This document shows, piece after piece, positions 9,389-20,200 of a stretch of 64,000 bases of DNA. The stretch covers positions 1 to 64,000 of the forward strand of contig JBMNQN010000003.1 of NCBI GenBank assembly GCA_050944155.1, in the 5' to 3' direction. Within the stretch, counting starts at the first letter, position 1; every line of letters starts with the position of its first letter. The notes beneath the pieces are model-generated. The model saw nothing but the letters and a program-made list of their open reading frames with translations. It searched no databases and was not told the origin of the DNA. The position numbers were made by a program, and so were the translations under genes. Source of the stretch: Candidatus Methanomethylophilaceae archaeon (GTDB taxonomy: Archaea; Thermoplasmatota; Thermoplasmata; Methanomassiliicoccales; Methanomethylophilaceae).

Positions 9389-10165
9389 ATGAAGAAAGGA
9401 ATACTTCTGATAGGTCACGGGTCTAGATACATATTCAACAAAGAAGCGATCGAGATGCAGGCTTCGGCCCTGGAGGAAAGAACAGGAATCAAAGTCTGGA
9501 CCGCATATAACGAAACGACCATGCCTCTTGTGGACATGGCGGTGGAAGATATGGTAAAAGAAGGCGTAGAGGAGATTATCGCCATGCCGTTTTTCATCGC
9601 TTCAGGACTTCACATCACGAGAGACATCCCGAGAGGTCTGGGTATTCCGGAAAACTCGTCGGGAGGGGACGTAAACGTAGGCGGGAAAAACGTAAAAATA
9701 CACTTCGAACAGCCTTTCGGTTCGGATCCCGTTCTTGCGGACATTCTGGAAAAAAGGATACAGGATTTCGGCATGCCCGATTCGTCGATTATTGTTGTTG
9801 GACACGGTTCCAGACTTCCCTACAACAAAGAGATAATCAGCTTAAACGCAGAGAGGCTTAAAGAAAAAGGCCACAAACACGTGTTTTACGGTTTCAACGA
9901 ATTCAACGAACCCACAATCGGGGACGCCATGAACGAAGCCGTGAAAACCGGAGCGGAAAACATAGTCGTTCTTCCTTTGTTCATAACATCCGGAGCACAT
10001 ATAGGCGAGGACATTCCGGAAACGCTGGGTATTCCCCCGCACAGCGACGGCGGCGTAAGCACGAAATACGGACGCAGCGTCAACATAAAGCTCGCAATGC
10101 CGGTGGGAAGAGACCCGAGACTCGTGGACGTGCTTGTCAATAAACTGGAAAAGTACGGAATATGA
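9389..10165 (+). CDS. cfbA: Sirohydrochlorin nickelochelatase (two tandem CbiX-like domains)
   Basis: Two repeats of GHGSR...P.FI.SG.H...DIP..LG; cfb context. Confidence 0.85.
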   Translation: MKKGILLIGHGSRYIFNKEAIEMQASALEERTGIKVWTAYNETTMPLVDMAVEDMVKEGVEEIIAMPFFIASGLHITRDIPRGLGIPENSSGGDVNVGGKNVKIHFEQPFGSDPVLADILEKRIQDFGMPDSSIIVVGHGSRLPYNKEIISLNAERLKEKGHKHVFYGFNEFNEPTIGDAMNEAVKTGAENIVVLPLFITSGAHIGEDIPETLGIPPHSDGGVSTKYGRSVNIKLAMPVGRDPRLVDVLVNKLEKYGI

Positions 10166-11367
10166 AAATACTCATTTTGGACACCATACACGGCGCAGGG
10201 ATCCTGGCGGACAGATACTCCGAAGGAAACGAAGTTATGTGTGTCGACGTATACGGCACGACGCCCGAAGAGGATTTGGAAAAGCTTAGAAAGAAAGGGT
10301 ACGGCGTATCGAGAAGCGTTCCTCCTGGGAATTACGATTTGGTAATCATGCCGGGGCACTGTCCCGATTCGTTTCTCGAAGACGTAACGTACGGCAGAAG
10401 GATATTTTTCAGCGAAGCCGTGAAAGAAAAAATCGACGACGGCAGATTCAGAATAGAGGTCACCGGCGTTAAGGGAAAAACAAGTTCCTGCTATTTGATG
10501 GCACATCTGCTTTCCGCAGCGGGAAAGAAAGTTTATCTCCATACCTCCCGCGGAAGGGGGCCGTGGATCGACGACAAGCACAGAATAAACGAAAAGGCGA
10601 GCATTGCTCCGATTTCTCTTCTGACGGTTCCCGAAGGGGATTACGATGCAGTGATATGCGAAGTGTCCCTGGGAGGTTCCGGAAAAGCGGATATCGCCTG
10701 CATAACCAACCTTCTTTCCGATTACGGCATAGCGAAGAACACCAGAAAAGCGTCGGATGCCAAAGCGGACATTTTTTCCGACGGTATTAACATAGTTCCA
10801 GAATCGGAAAAAGAGTTCTGGTCAAAATATTCCGGCAGACTTACGGGATACGGCGGACGCATAACGGTATCGGAATATCCCAAAGTCGGCGGAAGCCTGA
10901 AAATAAAAGTAGATTACGGAAACGGTTTCGAAATCGGAATGAAAAGCAGCTATCTTGCGGCAGAATACATCGAAGCGGCCGAACTGGCACTTCAGGTCTG
11001 TTCCGAGATGGAGATACCGGAGAAGGCCGTAAAAGAGGGACTTTCTTCTTTCGAAGGCGTGCCCGGAAGAGGCGAAATATCCGAAAAGGGAGGCAGGTAC
11101 ACCGTGACCGAAAGGAATCCTGGAGTATCGGAGCTGTCTTTCAGGCGCACTCTGGAAATTCTTAAAAAAATGGATTCTCTGGACGGTGCCCTTGCCGTCG
11201 TGGACCCGGTCAACAAAAAGGTATGCTGTAAATTGGATGCCGGAGCGATAAAAGAAGCGGCCGAGGAATTCGGAGTTCCGCTGATAATCACCGAAGGAGA
11301 AGGCGTTCCGTCTCTGCCGAAACATTCCGGACCTCTTCTGATGTTCGTCAAAGAAGGATTCGCATGA
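10162..11367 (+). CDS. cfbE: Coenzyme F430 synthase (Mur-ligase-like)
   Basis: LDTIHG, IEVTGVKGKTS, EVSLGGSG, DY.IA; cfb context. Confidence 0.88.
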   Translation: MKILILDTIHGAGILADRYSEGNEVMCVDVYGTTPEEDLEKLRKKGYGVSRSVPPGNYDLVIMPGHCPDSFLEDVTYGRRIFFSEAVKEKIDDGRFRIEVTGVKGKTSSCYLMAHLLSAAGKKVYLHTSRGRGPWIDDKHRINEKASIAPISLLTVPEGDYDAVICEVSLGGSGKADIACITNLLSDYGIAKNTRKASDAKADIFSDGINIVPESEKEFWSKYSGRLTGYGGRITVSEYPKVGGSLKIKVDYGNGFEIGMKSSYLAAEYIEAAELALQVCSEMEIPEKAVKEGLSSFEGVPGRGEISEKGGRYTVTERNPGVSELSFRRTLEILKKMDSLDGALAVVDPVNKKVCCKLDAGAIKEAAEEFGVPLIITEGEGVPSLPKHSGPLLMFVKEGFA

Positions 11368-12431
11368 AGATAATACACCCGCGCCCCAATCCGATAGTCG
11401 CCGCCATGTACACTCTGAGGGACATGGACGTAGACGTAATCGTAATCCACGGTCCGGCGGGATGCGGATTCATGGCTTCCCGTTCCCTGGAAAATGCGGG
11501 CGTTCACGTGGTGACGTCGGCAATGAAGGAAACAGATCTTATCTTCGGAGCTTCGGACCAGCTGATCGAGACTCTGAAAACCGTGAAGGAGATGTTCAAT
11601 CCCAAAACAGTCGCCGTCATAGGTACATGTGCCAGTATGATAATCGGCGAAGACATGCAGGCTTCCGTGAAGCGTGCGGGATTGGACTGTACCGTGTTTG
11701 CGGTGGAGTCTCACGGATGCATGAAAAATAACATCGAAGGTGCCGTGAAGGCTTTGGAATCGGGATGTGCGGCGGGAATAATTTCCGAAGAGGAAACCCG
11801 GCGTCAGATAAAACTGATGAGAGCAGCCTCGGAACTGGAAAAAACCAAAGGTCTCGCAAGCAAAAGCTACATGAAACCGTCCTTCGGAGCAACAAAATAC
11901 GGCGTGTGCGGGAAGATATGCGATACGCTGTCTTCCGGAGGAAAAGTCGCCGTGGTTATGATTGCAAAAAAGGAACTGGCATATCGTTTTTCCGATATGT
12001 TTTCTGCAGTGTCCGAAGCGAAAAAGAAGCTCGGCGGAGAGATATTCCTGATTGGAAATCTGGACACCGACAAGGGTCTGCCGAGAATCAGAAAGTATGC
12101 CGAAAACATTACCGAGGAACTTAACGGACTCGGAGTGGATTTCGTATCCGCTGGCGGTCTGGACGAATATGCCTTGGTCGGCGAAAAAATGAAAGAAAAA
12201 GTCGACGCCTTTTCGCCGGATCTGACCGTGGTCATGGGGATATGCCACGCATATCCCGGTCTGAAGGAAAGCGACATACTCATTACGGATCAGCCGAGAC
12301 AGCTTTCCAACTATATTTCGGCCGGATTCCCCGATTCGGTGGGAGAAATCTCGTCCCATACGATGGTTATGGGAACCGACAGCATCATTCCTCTGGAGAC
12401 CGCGGAAACCCTCAGAGAGATGATCCGATGA
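11364..12431 (+). CDS. cfbD: Reductive cyclase catalytic subunit (NifD-like)
   Basis: HPRPNPIVAAMYTLRD, HGPAGC, GTCASMIIGED, AKKE, GGLDEY. Confidence 0.93.
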   Translation: MKIIHPRPNPIVAAMYTLRDMDVDVIVIHGPAGCGFMASRSLENAGVHVVTSAMKETDLIFGASDQLIETLKTVKEMFNPKTVAVIGTCASMIIGEDMQASVKRAGLDCTVFAVESHGCMKNNIEGAVKALESGCAAGIISEEETRRQIKLMRAASELEKTKGLASKSYMKPSFGATKYGVCGKICDTLSSGGKVAVVMIAKKELAYRFSDMFSAVSEAKKKLGGEIFLIGNLDTDKGLPRIRKYAENITEELNGLGVDFVSAGGLDEYALVGEKMKEKVDAFSPDLTVVMGICHAYPGLKESDILITDQPRQLSNYISAGFPDSVGEISSHTMVMGTDSIIPLETAETLREMIR

Positions 12432-13768
12432 AAGGCGTGGTCATCGCGGGCACCGGAAGCGGAGTGGGAAAAACATCCATCACCACGGGCCTCATAGCCA
12501 GACTGTCGAAAAAATACAAAGTTCAGGCATTCAAGGCGGGACCGGATTTCATAGACCCGATGTACCATTCGGCGGCTTCCGGACGCAGAGCGGGAAATTT
12601 GGATTCATTTATGATGAGCGACGAAGCCATACGGAAATCCGTGGGCTACGCCGCTTCCGACGCGGACATATGCATCGTCGAAGGGGTGAGGGGACTGTAC
12701 GAAAGCTCCTCTCCGTACAGCGACGAAGGTTCCACCGCCCGGTTGGCCAAGATTCTGGGATTTCCGGTAATACTGACTGTGGACGTCCGTTCTCTTAACA
12801 ACAGCGCCGCCGCCATCGTGAACGGATTTCAGGCGTTCGATCCGGACGTCAGAATCGAAGGACTGATTCTGAACAGAATATCCGGGAAACAGCACGAAGA
12901 CAAAATCGACGGCGCCATGAAAAGATACTGTAAACCGGAAGTGATCGGCAAAGTAAAAAAACTGCCGGAAAAGCCCACGAAAGAAAGGTATCTGGGTCTT
13001 GTCACTCCCTCCCCCGGGAGAAATCCTGATTTCGAGCCTTTGGAGGAGATGGTTTCCGACGTGGATATCGACAGGCTGATGGCTATTGCCGCCGATGCCG
13101 AACTCCCCGACTGTCCCGAAGGTCCCTACGTAAAACGGAAAACGGGTCTGAAAGCAGCAGTACCTCTGGACGATTCTTTCTGTTTTTACTACAGAGAGAA
13201 CATCGACTGTCTGGAGGCTTCCGGCATAAATATAGAACATTTTTCTCCGACGGAGGGGGACATGCTGCCTGATGCGGACATGTATCTTCTGGGCGGAGGA
13301 TACCCCGAACTCCATGCCGAAAAGATTTCCGAAAACAAAGATTTACTTCAGGGTCTGAAAAACGTATCCGAAGAAGGAAAGCCCGTTCTCGGAGAATGCG
13401 GCGGGATGACGGCCATGTGTCGCAGTTTAAAGAACATCTCCGGAGAAGTTTTCGGCATGGCGGGAATATTCGGTGCCGAAGCGGTTATGGATGGAATCAG
13501 GCACGGTCCGACATATGTTTCCGCGATTCCCGCCGAAAGCAATCCTCTTTTCGATTCTCCCGTGCGCGCTCACGAATACCACTATTCGAAGCTGATAACC
13601 GCAGAGAAGAATTTCGGCTACAGGCTCGAACGCGGAAACGGAATTCTTCCGGGATACGACGGTCTGGTTTACAAGCGGTCCCTGGGCACGTACATGCACC
13701 AGAACGCGCTTTCTTCTGCGGACTGGGCGGGCGGATTCGTAAGAGCATGCGAGCTCGTCCGTCAGTGA
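12428..13768 (+). CDS. cfbB: Ni-sirohydrochlorin a,c-diamide synthase (CbiA/CobB-like)
   Basis: SGVGKT, FKAGPDFIDP, EGVRGLYE, GGGYPE, GECGG, HEYHYS; ATG 12428. Confidence 0.88.
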   Translation: MKGVVIAGTGSGVGKTSITTGLIARLSKKYKVQAFKAGPDFIDPMYHSAASGRRAGNLDSFMMSDEAIRKSVGYAASDADICIVEGVRGLYESSSPYSDEGSTARLAKILGFPVILTVDVRSLNNSAAAIVNGFQAFDPDVRIEGLILNRISGKQHEDKIDGAMKRYCKPEVIGKVKKLPEKPTKERYLGLVTPSPGRNPDFEPLEEMVSDVDIDRLMAIAADAELPDCPEGPYVKRKTGLKAAVPLDDSFCFYYRENIDCLEASGINIEHFSPTEGDMLPDADMYLLGGGYPELHAEKISENKDLLQGLKNVSEEGKPVLGECGGMTAMCRSLKNISGEVFGMAGIFGAEAVMDGIRHGPTYVSAIPAESNPLFDSPVRAHEYHYSKLITAEKNFGYRLERGNGILPGYDGLVYKRSLGTYMHQNALSSADWAGGFVRACELVRQ

Positions 13769-13769
13769 T

Positions 13770-15305
13770 TCAGAAACGGTTCGAAACCTTTTCCATCAGA
13801 CCTTTGGACTGTTCTATCTCCCCTTCGGTAAGGCTCAGGTCGCTGCGCAGCCGATAGTCCTTCGAAATGTCCATACATTCGATTTTTGCCGTAAGGGTTC
13901 CGTCCTCTTTGGCCCTGAACGTCACTTTTATGGGGGTTTCCCTCGTTATTCCCGAAGGAAGTTCCATTTCGAAGTTGCCTATGGGAACCCCGTCGATCAG
14001 GTCGGTTCTGATTTCGCTTTCTTTGTCCGTCGCCGCATTTTCGAATATTTCCACGAGAACCGAAGGCTGTTTCTCCTCCACCGGGTAGTAAATTTTTACG
14101 CTTTCGATGGGCAGAACGTCGTTACGGTAAATGATGTTGGAAATCATCTCTTTTCCGTTGTAGCTGACTCTGACTCCGAAGGTTTTGCTCAGGATGTTTT
14201 TGACCGAAAGCGCATCTTCTTCTTTTTCAGCATTCTCTTTCCTTGATTTGGAAAATATCGCAGCTCCTTTCGCGACGGATTGGTCTGGATCGAAAAGTCT
14301 TATAGTCATGCCGGGGAAGGCTTCGGATATTCCGTTTTTCACCTGGGGCATTCTGGACGATCCGCCGACAAGGATAATTTCGTCTATGTCTTCCGCGCCG
14401 AATCCTTTGGACGAGAGCGCCGATTTTATTACCTCGACCGTGCGGTTCATCAGGTGTGCGGTGACGTTTTCGAATTCGGTTCTTGATATCGTATAGACGG
14501 CTTTTCTCCCGTTAACGGAAAGGGTGCCTCTGGTGGATTCGGCGGTGGAAAGTCTCTTCTTTATCGCTTCGGTATCCAGATCCAGGAGGACGGATATCTC
14601 TTCGTCGTCGTCCATATCTTCCACGGGGACTCCGGTTGCCGCGGACACCTTTTCCTTGATTAAAGAAGCCAAGGCTTTGTCCCAGTCCTTTCCTCCCAGC
14701 AGACGTTCTCCGTCCGTGGCCACGGCGGTGAACGAATTTCCTTCGATTTCCAGAATAGTAACGTCGAAGGTTCCGCCTCCCAGGTCGTAGACCAGCACTC
14801 TCTTCTTTCCCCCGTCCCCCCCGTAGCCGAAAGATATGGCGGCCGCCGTCGGTTCGTTGATTATCGTCACGTCCTCGAGACCGGCGATTCTTCCCGCCAT
14901 CTTGGTCGAGTCCCTTTCGTTCTGACCGAAGTAGGCGGGACACGTAATCACGGCCTTCTTCAAATCGCAGTTATGGCTTTCGTTGAAATCGTTGATGATT
15001 TTTCTGAGAATCGCCGCGGACAGCGTGACCGGAGTGTACTTGTCCCCGTCGATAACGACGGAAAAATCGGTCCCCACCTGTCTTTTGATTCCCGTTATTA
15101 TTCTGTCCGCCGGGTACATCACGGCCATGTCTTTCGCGGGAGAGCCGACTATTATTTCGCCGTTCTCGTTGAAAAGAATCACCGACGGAGTGGTATCCTC
15201 CTGTTCGAAATTCTTTTCTACGGTAGGATTTCCGTTCCCGTCGATGTATGCCAGGCAAGAGTACGTCGTTCCCAAATCAATCCCTATGCAGTATTCGTCT
15301 TCCAT
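13770..15305 (-). CDS. Specialised Hsp70 family protein (511 aa, no alpha-helical lid)
   Basis: GIDLGTTYS, AVITCPAYF, INEPTAAA, VYDLGGGTFD, LGGKDWD, ILVGGSSRMP; divergent SBD-beta; too short for canonical DnaK. Confidence 0.9.
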   Translation of the reverse strand: MEDEYCIGIDLGTTYSCLAYIDGNGNPTVEKNFEQEDTTPSVILFNENGEIIVGSPAKDMAVMYPADRIITGIKRQVGTDFSVVIDGDKYTPVTLSAAILRKIINDFNESHNCDLKKAVITCPAYFGQNERDSTKMAGRIAGLEDVTIINEPTAAAISFGYGGDGGKKRVLVYDLGGGTFDVTILEIEGNSFTAVATDGERLLGGKDWDKALASLIKEKVSAATGVPVEDMDDDEEISVLLDLDTEAIKKRLSTAESTRGTLSVNGRKAVYTISRTEFENVTAHLMNRTVEVIKSALSSKGFGAEDIDEIILVGGSSRMPQVKNGISEAFPGMTIRLFDPDQSVAKGAAIFSKSRKENAEKEEDALSVKNILSKTFGVRVSYNGKEMISNIIYRNDVLPIESVKIYYPVEEKQPSVLVEIFENAATDKESEIRTDLIDGVPIGNFEMELPSGITRETPIKVTFRAKEDGTLTAKIECMDISKDYRLRSDLSLTEGEIEQSKGLMEKVSNRF

Positions 15306-15311
15306 TTCCCA

Positions 15312-15938
15312 TCATCTTCCGTTTTGACTCTGACTTTTTTTGTAAACGGCGACTCTTTCCTTCCAAAGCACTCTGTCGCCGTACATATAGCATTCCGAAT
15401 ACCTTTCGGCCACGGTTCCGTCTTTGGCCGAGTCCTTGTTCGGAATAACGCTTACAATCTTCTGGCACTTCGTATTTAAAATATTTTCGTCCGTGTTTTT
15501 TATGACGACGCCCGCATCCGTAAGCAGGTTCTCTATATCCACGGAATAGGCGCCGAACGAATCGATAATCTCTTCGGAACTCAGACTCCCGGCATGTTTT
15601 TTCATATCTCTGCTCAGTCTGATGAAGTCCTCTCTCATTACCGAAAGTCCTTCCAGAATTTTCATGAATTTCAGATTCTCCGTTCCGCTGTTTCCGGCGG
15701 CGGACGTTTTTACCGTATCGTCGATTTCGCGGAGCATTTTCTTTATTTCTTCCGCGTCCTCTTTGAAGGAAGAGTCGGTCTTTGCGGTTGTTTTTGTTTT
15801 CGGAGCCGCTTTTTTCCTGGTTGTCGTTCTTTTCTTCGCCGGGGCGGTGGTTTTCGGAGCGGAAGTTTTTTTCTTGGCTTCTTCCGCAGCTTCCGCGAAA
15901 TGTCCTTTTTCAGGAATGGGCTCTTTGTTTTCCGCCAT
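15312..15938 (-). CDS. GrpE-like protein with a K/A/T/P-rich N-terminal tail
   Basis: Coiled-coil middle, then a GrpE-like beta end (GTVAE....Y...RVL....V.VYK); sits next to Hsp70. Confidence 0.65.
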   Translation of the reverse strand: MAENKEPIPEKGHFAEAAEEAKKKTSAPKTTAPAKKRTTTRKKAAPKTKTTAKTDSSFKEDAEEIKKMLREIDDTVKTSAAGNSGTENLKFMKILEGLSVMREDFIRLSRDMKKHAGSLSSEEIIDSFGAYSVDIENLLTDAGVVIKNTDENILNTKCQKIVSVIPNKDSAKDGTVAERYSECYMYGDRVLWKERVAVYKKSQSQNGR

Positions 15939-15943
15939 GGTTT

Positions 15944-17200
15944 TCAGATCTCCTTTTCGTTTTTACGGTTGTTTTCGGTATTCGAGTCATAGCAGCTGAG
16001 CAGCCAAATCAGCGGGTCTTCTACCCTGAACGGGGCTATCCCCCTGTCCAGAAGACTGCCTTCCGGATTTCCGCCGATGGCGGAAACCGCGAAATAGCTG
16101 TGTTTTTCGAAATTATCTACGGCTTCTATGAAGTCCGGGGAAATTACGCGGCGCAGATATTCTTCCAGTTCTGCGTTGATCTGTTCGAAATTCTCCGAAT
16201 CGCATATGCCCCTTTCCCTGGGCATGCGCACGGAGGAACAGGCTCCCAGAAGAACCTTCTCTTCTTCGTCGTTCTCCGGAGATTTCATGAGTGTGTCGCA
16301 TTTCGTCAGAACGATTGCCACCGGCGTCGGTATTTTTGTTCCGGCGGGAATTCCCGTCTCGGAGCGTATCATTCCTATCACCGACGAAATGTAATTCAGG
16401 GCGCTGTCGGAGGGAGCGGGTTTTCCGTCCGCCTTTATCCTTTCGTTAACGTATGGGATCTGAAGGGGATCTATCAGAAATATTATGCCGGAGGCTCTGG
16501 AAACAAACAGATCGAGAGCGACTCCCATGAGCCTGTCTTTCGGTCCCTCTCCGGCGGTATCGAAAAGTGCCAGAGTCACCGTGCTTTTTGTTTCGTCTTC
16601 GGGGAATTTCAGGTAGTATATCATCGGTTCCCTGAATTCCCGGATGTTTTCGTAAGTACGCGTAGGGGGAAGTTTTCTTCCGTCTTCGTACAGCCGTTTG
16701 TAGTAGTACTTACGGTATTTCATCGTGGTTCTGTCCGATGCCGGAATCAGCACGGCGTTGAATTCCGGGGAAAAAGAATTTTTAATCTGATTCAGAAGGA
16801 CGGAAACGTAGTGGCTTTTTCCCGCGCCCTTGGCTCCGATTACGACGAAAATTCTGCTGTCTCCGTTTTCGGCTTCAGGAGGTATGGGGCTGTGGCATAC
16901 GGGACAAAGACGTTTGTAGACCGGCCTTCCGCACACGTCGCATGTTCCAGCGGAATTTCTGACTATGTGCTGTTTTACCGTTACGGCATCCGGACCGTCG
17001 GGATTTCTTCCTAGAAACAGGCTGTTTTCCACGTCTATCTCTTCGTCTTCGGATGCGGTCCTGTATCTGCGTCCGTTCGGTACCGTTCCTTCGTCGATGG
17101 ATTTCACGAACATGCGGGTGCAGGATTGGTTGGTGCATTGGTAGTGAATTCCGTTCATATCCACCGCATTGAAACAGAACGGACAGAGGTATTCGGTCAT
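15944..17200 (-). CDS. Zn-ribbon plus TRAFAC-class GTPase
   Basis: CPFC..CTNQSC..CDVC..CPVC; G1 GAKGAGKS, G3 DTAG, G4 TKCD, G5 SAIG; C-terminal PFRVEDPLIWLL. Confidence 0.8.
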   Translation of the reverse strand: MTEYLCPFCFNAVDMNGIHYQCTNQSCTRMFVKSIDEGTVPNGRRYRTASEDEEIDVENSLFLGRNPDGPDAVTVKQHIVRNSAGTCDVCGRPVYKRLCPVCHSPIPPEAENGDSRIFVVIGAKGAGKSHYVSVLLNQIKNSFSPEFNAVLIPASDRTTMKYRKYYYKRLYEDGRKLPPTRTYENIREFREPMIYYLKFPEDETKSTVTLALFDTAGEGPKDRLMGVALDLFVSRASGIIFLIDPLQIPYVNERIKADGKPAPSDSALNYISSVIGMIRSETGIPAGTKIPTPVAIVLTKCDTLMKSPENDEEEKVLLGACSSVRMPRERGICDSENFEQINAELEEYLRRVISPDFIEAVDNFEKHSYFAVSAIGGNPEGSLLDRGIAPFRVEDPLIWLLSCYDSNTENNRKNEKEI

Positions 17201-20200
17201 AATTCGGCCCTCCCTTTGAGCGGATGGACGAATCTGAAACTGTTGTAATCTTCGTCCTTCTCAAAGAACAGTCTTATTTTTTCCGTGTCGGTGCCGGGTT
17301 TGGCTTCGAAGCGGAAGACACAGCGTCCTTTGCTGATCAGCATGGGAACTTCGGACATCCATAGGACTTCTCCGTCGTTCCTGCGGAGGGGAATCCCTTC
17401 GGGAGAGAGAACGGCCATGATCGGAGGTACGAATTCCACGTTGTCCGGAGTTTTCATCGAGACTCTGATGTCGGTGCGGTCCTTTTTGGAATGATCGGCA
17501 TCTATGGTGTATCTGATTTTTCTGCAGGTTTCGGCGGAAACGTCGAAAGTCATCCCCCGGGATGCCATCTTTTTGCCCTCCACGTCGTAAACGGCAAACA
17601 GGGTGACGGTTCTCTTCGTACGGTTTCCCATGTGTATCCTTATCGTTTTGTCGGCCGAGTAGGCCTCTGCGGAAACCGTTATCCTTTCCCCGTCGAGATC
17701 GTCCGGGCCTTTGGCGGGAGCTCCCGAATCGGTGATTACGGCAACGGCGGAATCGGTTCCCCTGGGCCAGGTCATGCTGATAATGCAGTCTCCGCCGGAA
17801 ATTTTCTTTTCCACGTCCCTGAACGGTTTAAGTTCCGCGACTCTGACTTCTTTTCCTCTTACCGCGTACCTTCCCACGGGAATCATGGGGTAAAGATACT
17901 GTACCGCTCCGTCAGGCAGAGAGAATCTCATCTTTCCGGTCGTTTTTTCTATGGGAACGATTTTGGTCATCCAGGATTCCGCATCGCTCATTTTCACCAG
18001 AGTGCCGTACATACGGATGCTTTTCGGCGACGAGTACAGTTCGGCGTTTTCGTCTCCCGTCCATTCCGCGGTGAATGTTCCGTCCGACTTGTTCCACGAA
18101 ACCTTCAGATCTCTGACGGGGTCGGGAAGGACCGATGTGGCGCCGGAAAACACCGTTCCGGATGAACGTTTTATCCTGCCGTCGGGCGTATCGTATTCGG
18201 CAACGAACAGATAGTGATAGGTCTGTCCGCCAACGAGTCCCCTGTCTTCTATTTCCTGTCCGGTTACCTGCAGTTCTTTTTCGTCGGATTCGGAATCCGC
18301 GGTTTTTCTCCACACGCGGACCCTTGAGCAGTTTGCGGGTTTGACGAAACTTATGCGCAACCCGTCTTCCAGAGGGTCTATGGAAACGTTCTGCACTTCC
18401 GAATAAACGACGGCGGGTCCGCAGGTAGCTCCCTCTTCGGAAAGTACGCCCCATCTTTTGGAGAGTACCGTGTAGTAATAATCTATGCCGGGTTCGGCGG
18501 TTTCGTCGAGAAAATAACCGGTGGAAACTTCTGCAAGAGGTATATCGTCATCTTCCGTGTTGGGGCGCGTGTATCTCTCCCTGTATATGCAGAAGGTAAG
18601 GCCGTCGCGGTCTTTCGGCACCGCATATTTCACGAGAATTTTTCCTTCCTTTATTATGACGGAAGCATCGGCCGGGGGGTCTGGAGGATATTCGCTGAGG
18701 AGGGACTGTACCAGCAGATGGTCGGGACACCTTTCGGCGGCCGCAACGTAAAGTTCCATGCGGGAACTTCTGCTGTCCGCTTTTCCGGCTTTTTGATAGA
18801 GGGCTTCCGCTTCGGCGATTCTCTGTTCCGATTCTTCGTAGATTTTTTCTGTCGCAGGGTCCTCTTCGAGGAAGCGTCCGAACTGTACCAGTAAGTTTTT
18901 GGTTCTGTCGACGGCTTCACAGTATCTTCTGAAGCTGTATGATTGTTCTATCTTTCTTTTTCCCACGTAAAGCTGGGTTTTCGCAAGTCCCACTTTCTTT
19001 TCGAGAGATATTATCGCCTCGTACGTGGAATATTCGGCTTTGAGTTCGGAAAGCTCCTTTTCGGCCGCGATTACCAGTCCGGACTTCGCGAGCTCTTCCA
19101 CGTGTTTTTCGGATTCCAGAGCTTTCCCCAGTCCTTTGCGGATATCGAACCCGCATTTCACGCACGCAATGTTCAGAGAAGATTGTCTGGTTCCGCATCT
19201 GGGACATTCCATTTTTATGGTGTGTCCGCACACGGAACAGCACATTATTTCCGTACCGGTTTCGACGAACGCCTTGCATTCGGGACACCTGATCATACGG
19301 CTCTCGCCGTCGGAGAAATTGGCTATGAATTTTTTTCTTATGCAGAAATCTTCCAGAATCCTGATTGCCGTTTCCGGATTTTCGTTAGTAAGGTATATGG
19401 AAAGAAGTTCGTCGATGTAAGTTCTGTCGATGGGCCTGGTGTATTCTTCCTCGATTATGTCCTTAACCGGAGAAAGAGCCCTCTGGCACATTCCGTATTC
19501 TATTAGTTCGGAAAGTTTTTCGTCGGGGCGCATGGCCATTTTTACCGCTCTGATCGACTGTATGTACGTGTCCTGATTCGGAAGAATTTCCGGACGCACG
19601 CTGTTCACTCTTTTCTCGCAGAGGTCGAATGCGCTTCTGATCTGTTCGAAGGAAGAGGAATCGGTAAGTTTTCCGATACCCAGTTCCAAATCGGAGTTGT
19701 TTATCAGACTGTTGATCATCTCCTGCGGCGTGAACGAATCCACCGTCTGAAGGGCTTTGAAAGCGTTGGAAACGGTATCGTCGACTACGGAAGAAAAATC
19801 GTAATCGGTTACGCCCGCAAGTTTCACGAGTTCCTCCGGCCGGATGCCGTCCCACTTCATTCTTTTGGCCAGAATCTCCGCGGTTCCGGAGATTCTCACG
19901 GGAGTGCCGTCGTGAAGAATCACCGAGTCTTTTCTCAGTTTGGAAGCTTTCGCCGTAAGAAGTACGCGGCCCTCTTCGAACTCTTTTTCCCTCAGGGAAG
20001 GATCGGACATGACGCGCCGCATGTCGGGAACCATATCCAGATACGACTGGTTCCTGAACCGCATGCCCACGTCGTTCTGCCTGTTGCGGCTTTCTTCCGA
20101 CCATTTCTTCTCTTTTTTGTCGATGATGCCGGAGACGGTTTCCGCACTGTACGTTTCTTCTCTGAACGGGTCGAGTCCCAGAAGCATGCAGTAGCTGTCC

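Noticed and set aside
8600-12431. NifH- and NifD-like genes as nitrogenase
   Set aside because: They are flanked by chelatase, Mur-like ligase and amidase genes, there is no nifK/E/N, and the NifD-like protein is short. This is the cfb (F430) cluster.
13770-15938. Hsp70 plus GrpE-like as the housekeeping dnaK-grpE locus
   Set aside because: The Hsp70 lacks the lid and the conserved DVLLLDV-type linker, no canonical DnaJ is present, and the GrpE is highly divergent.
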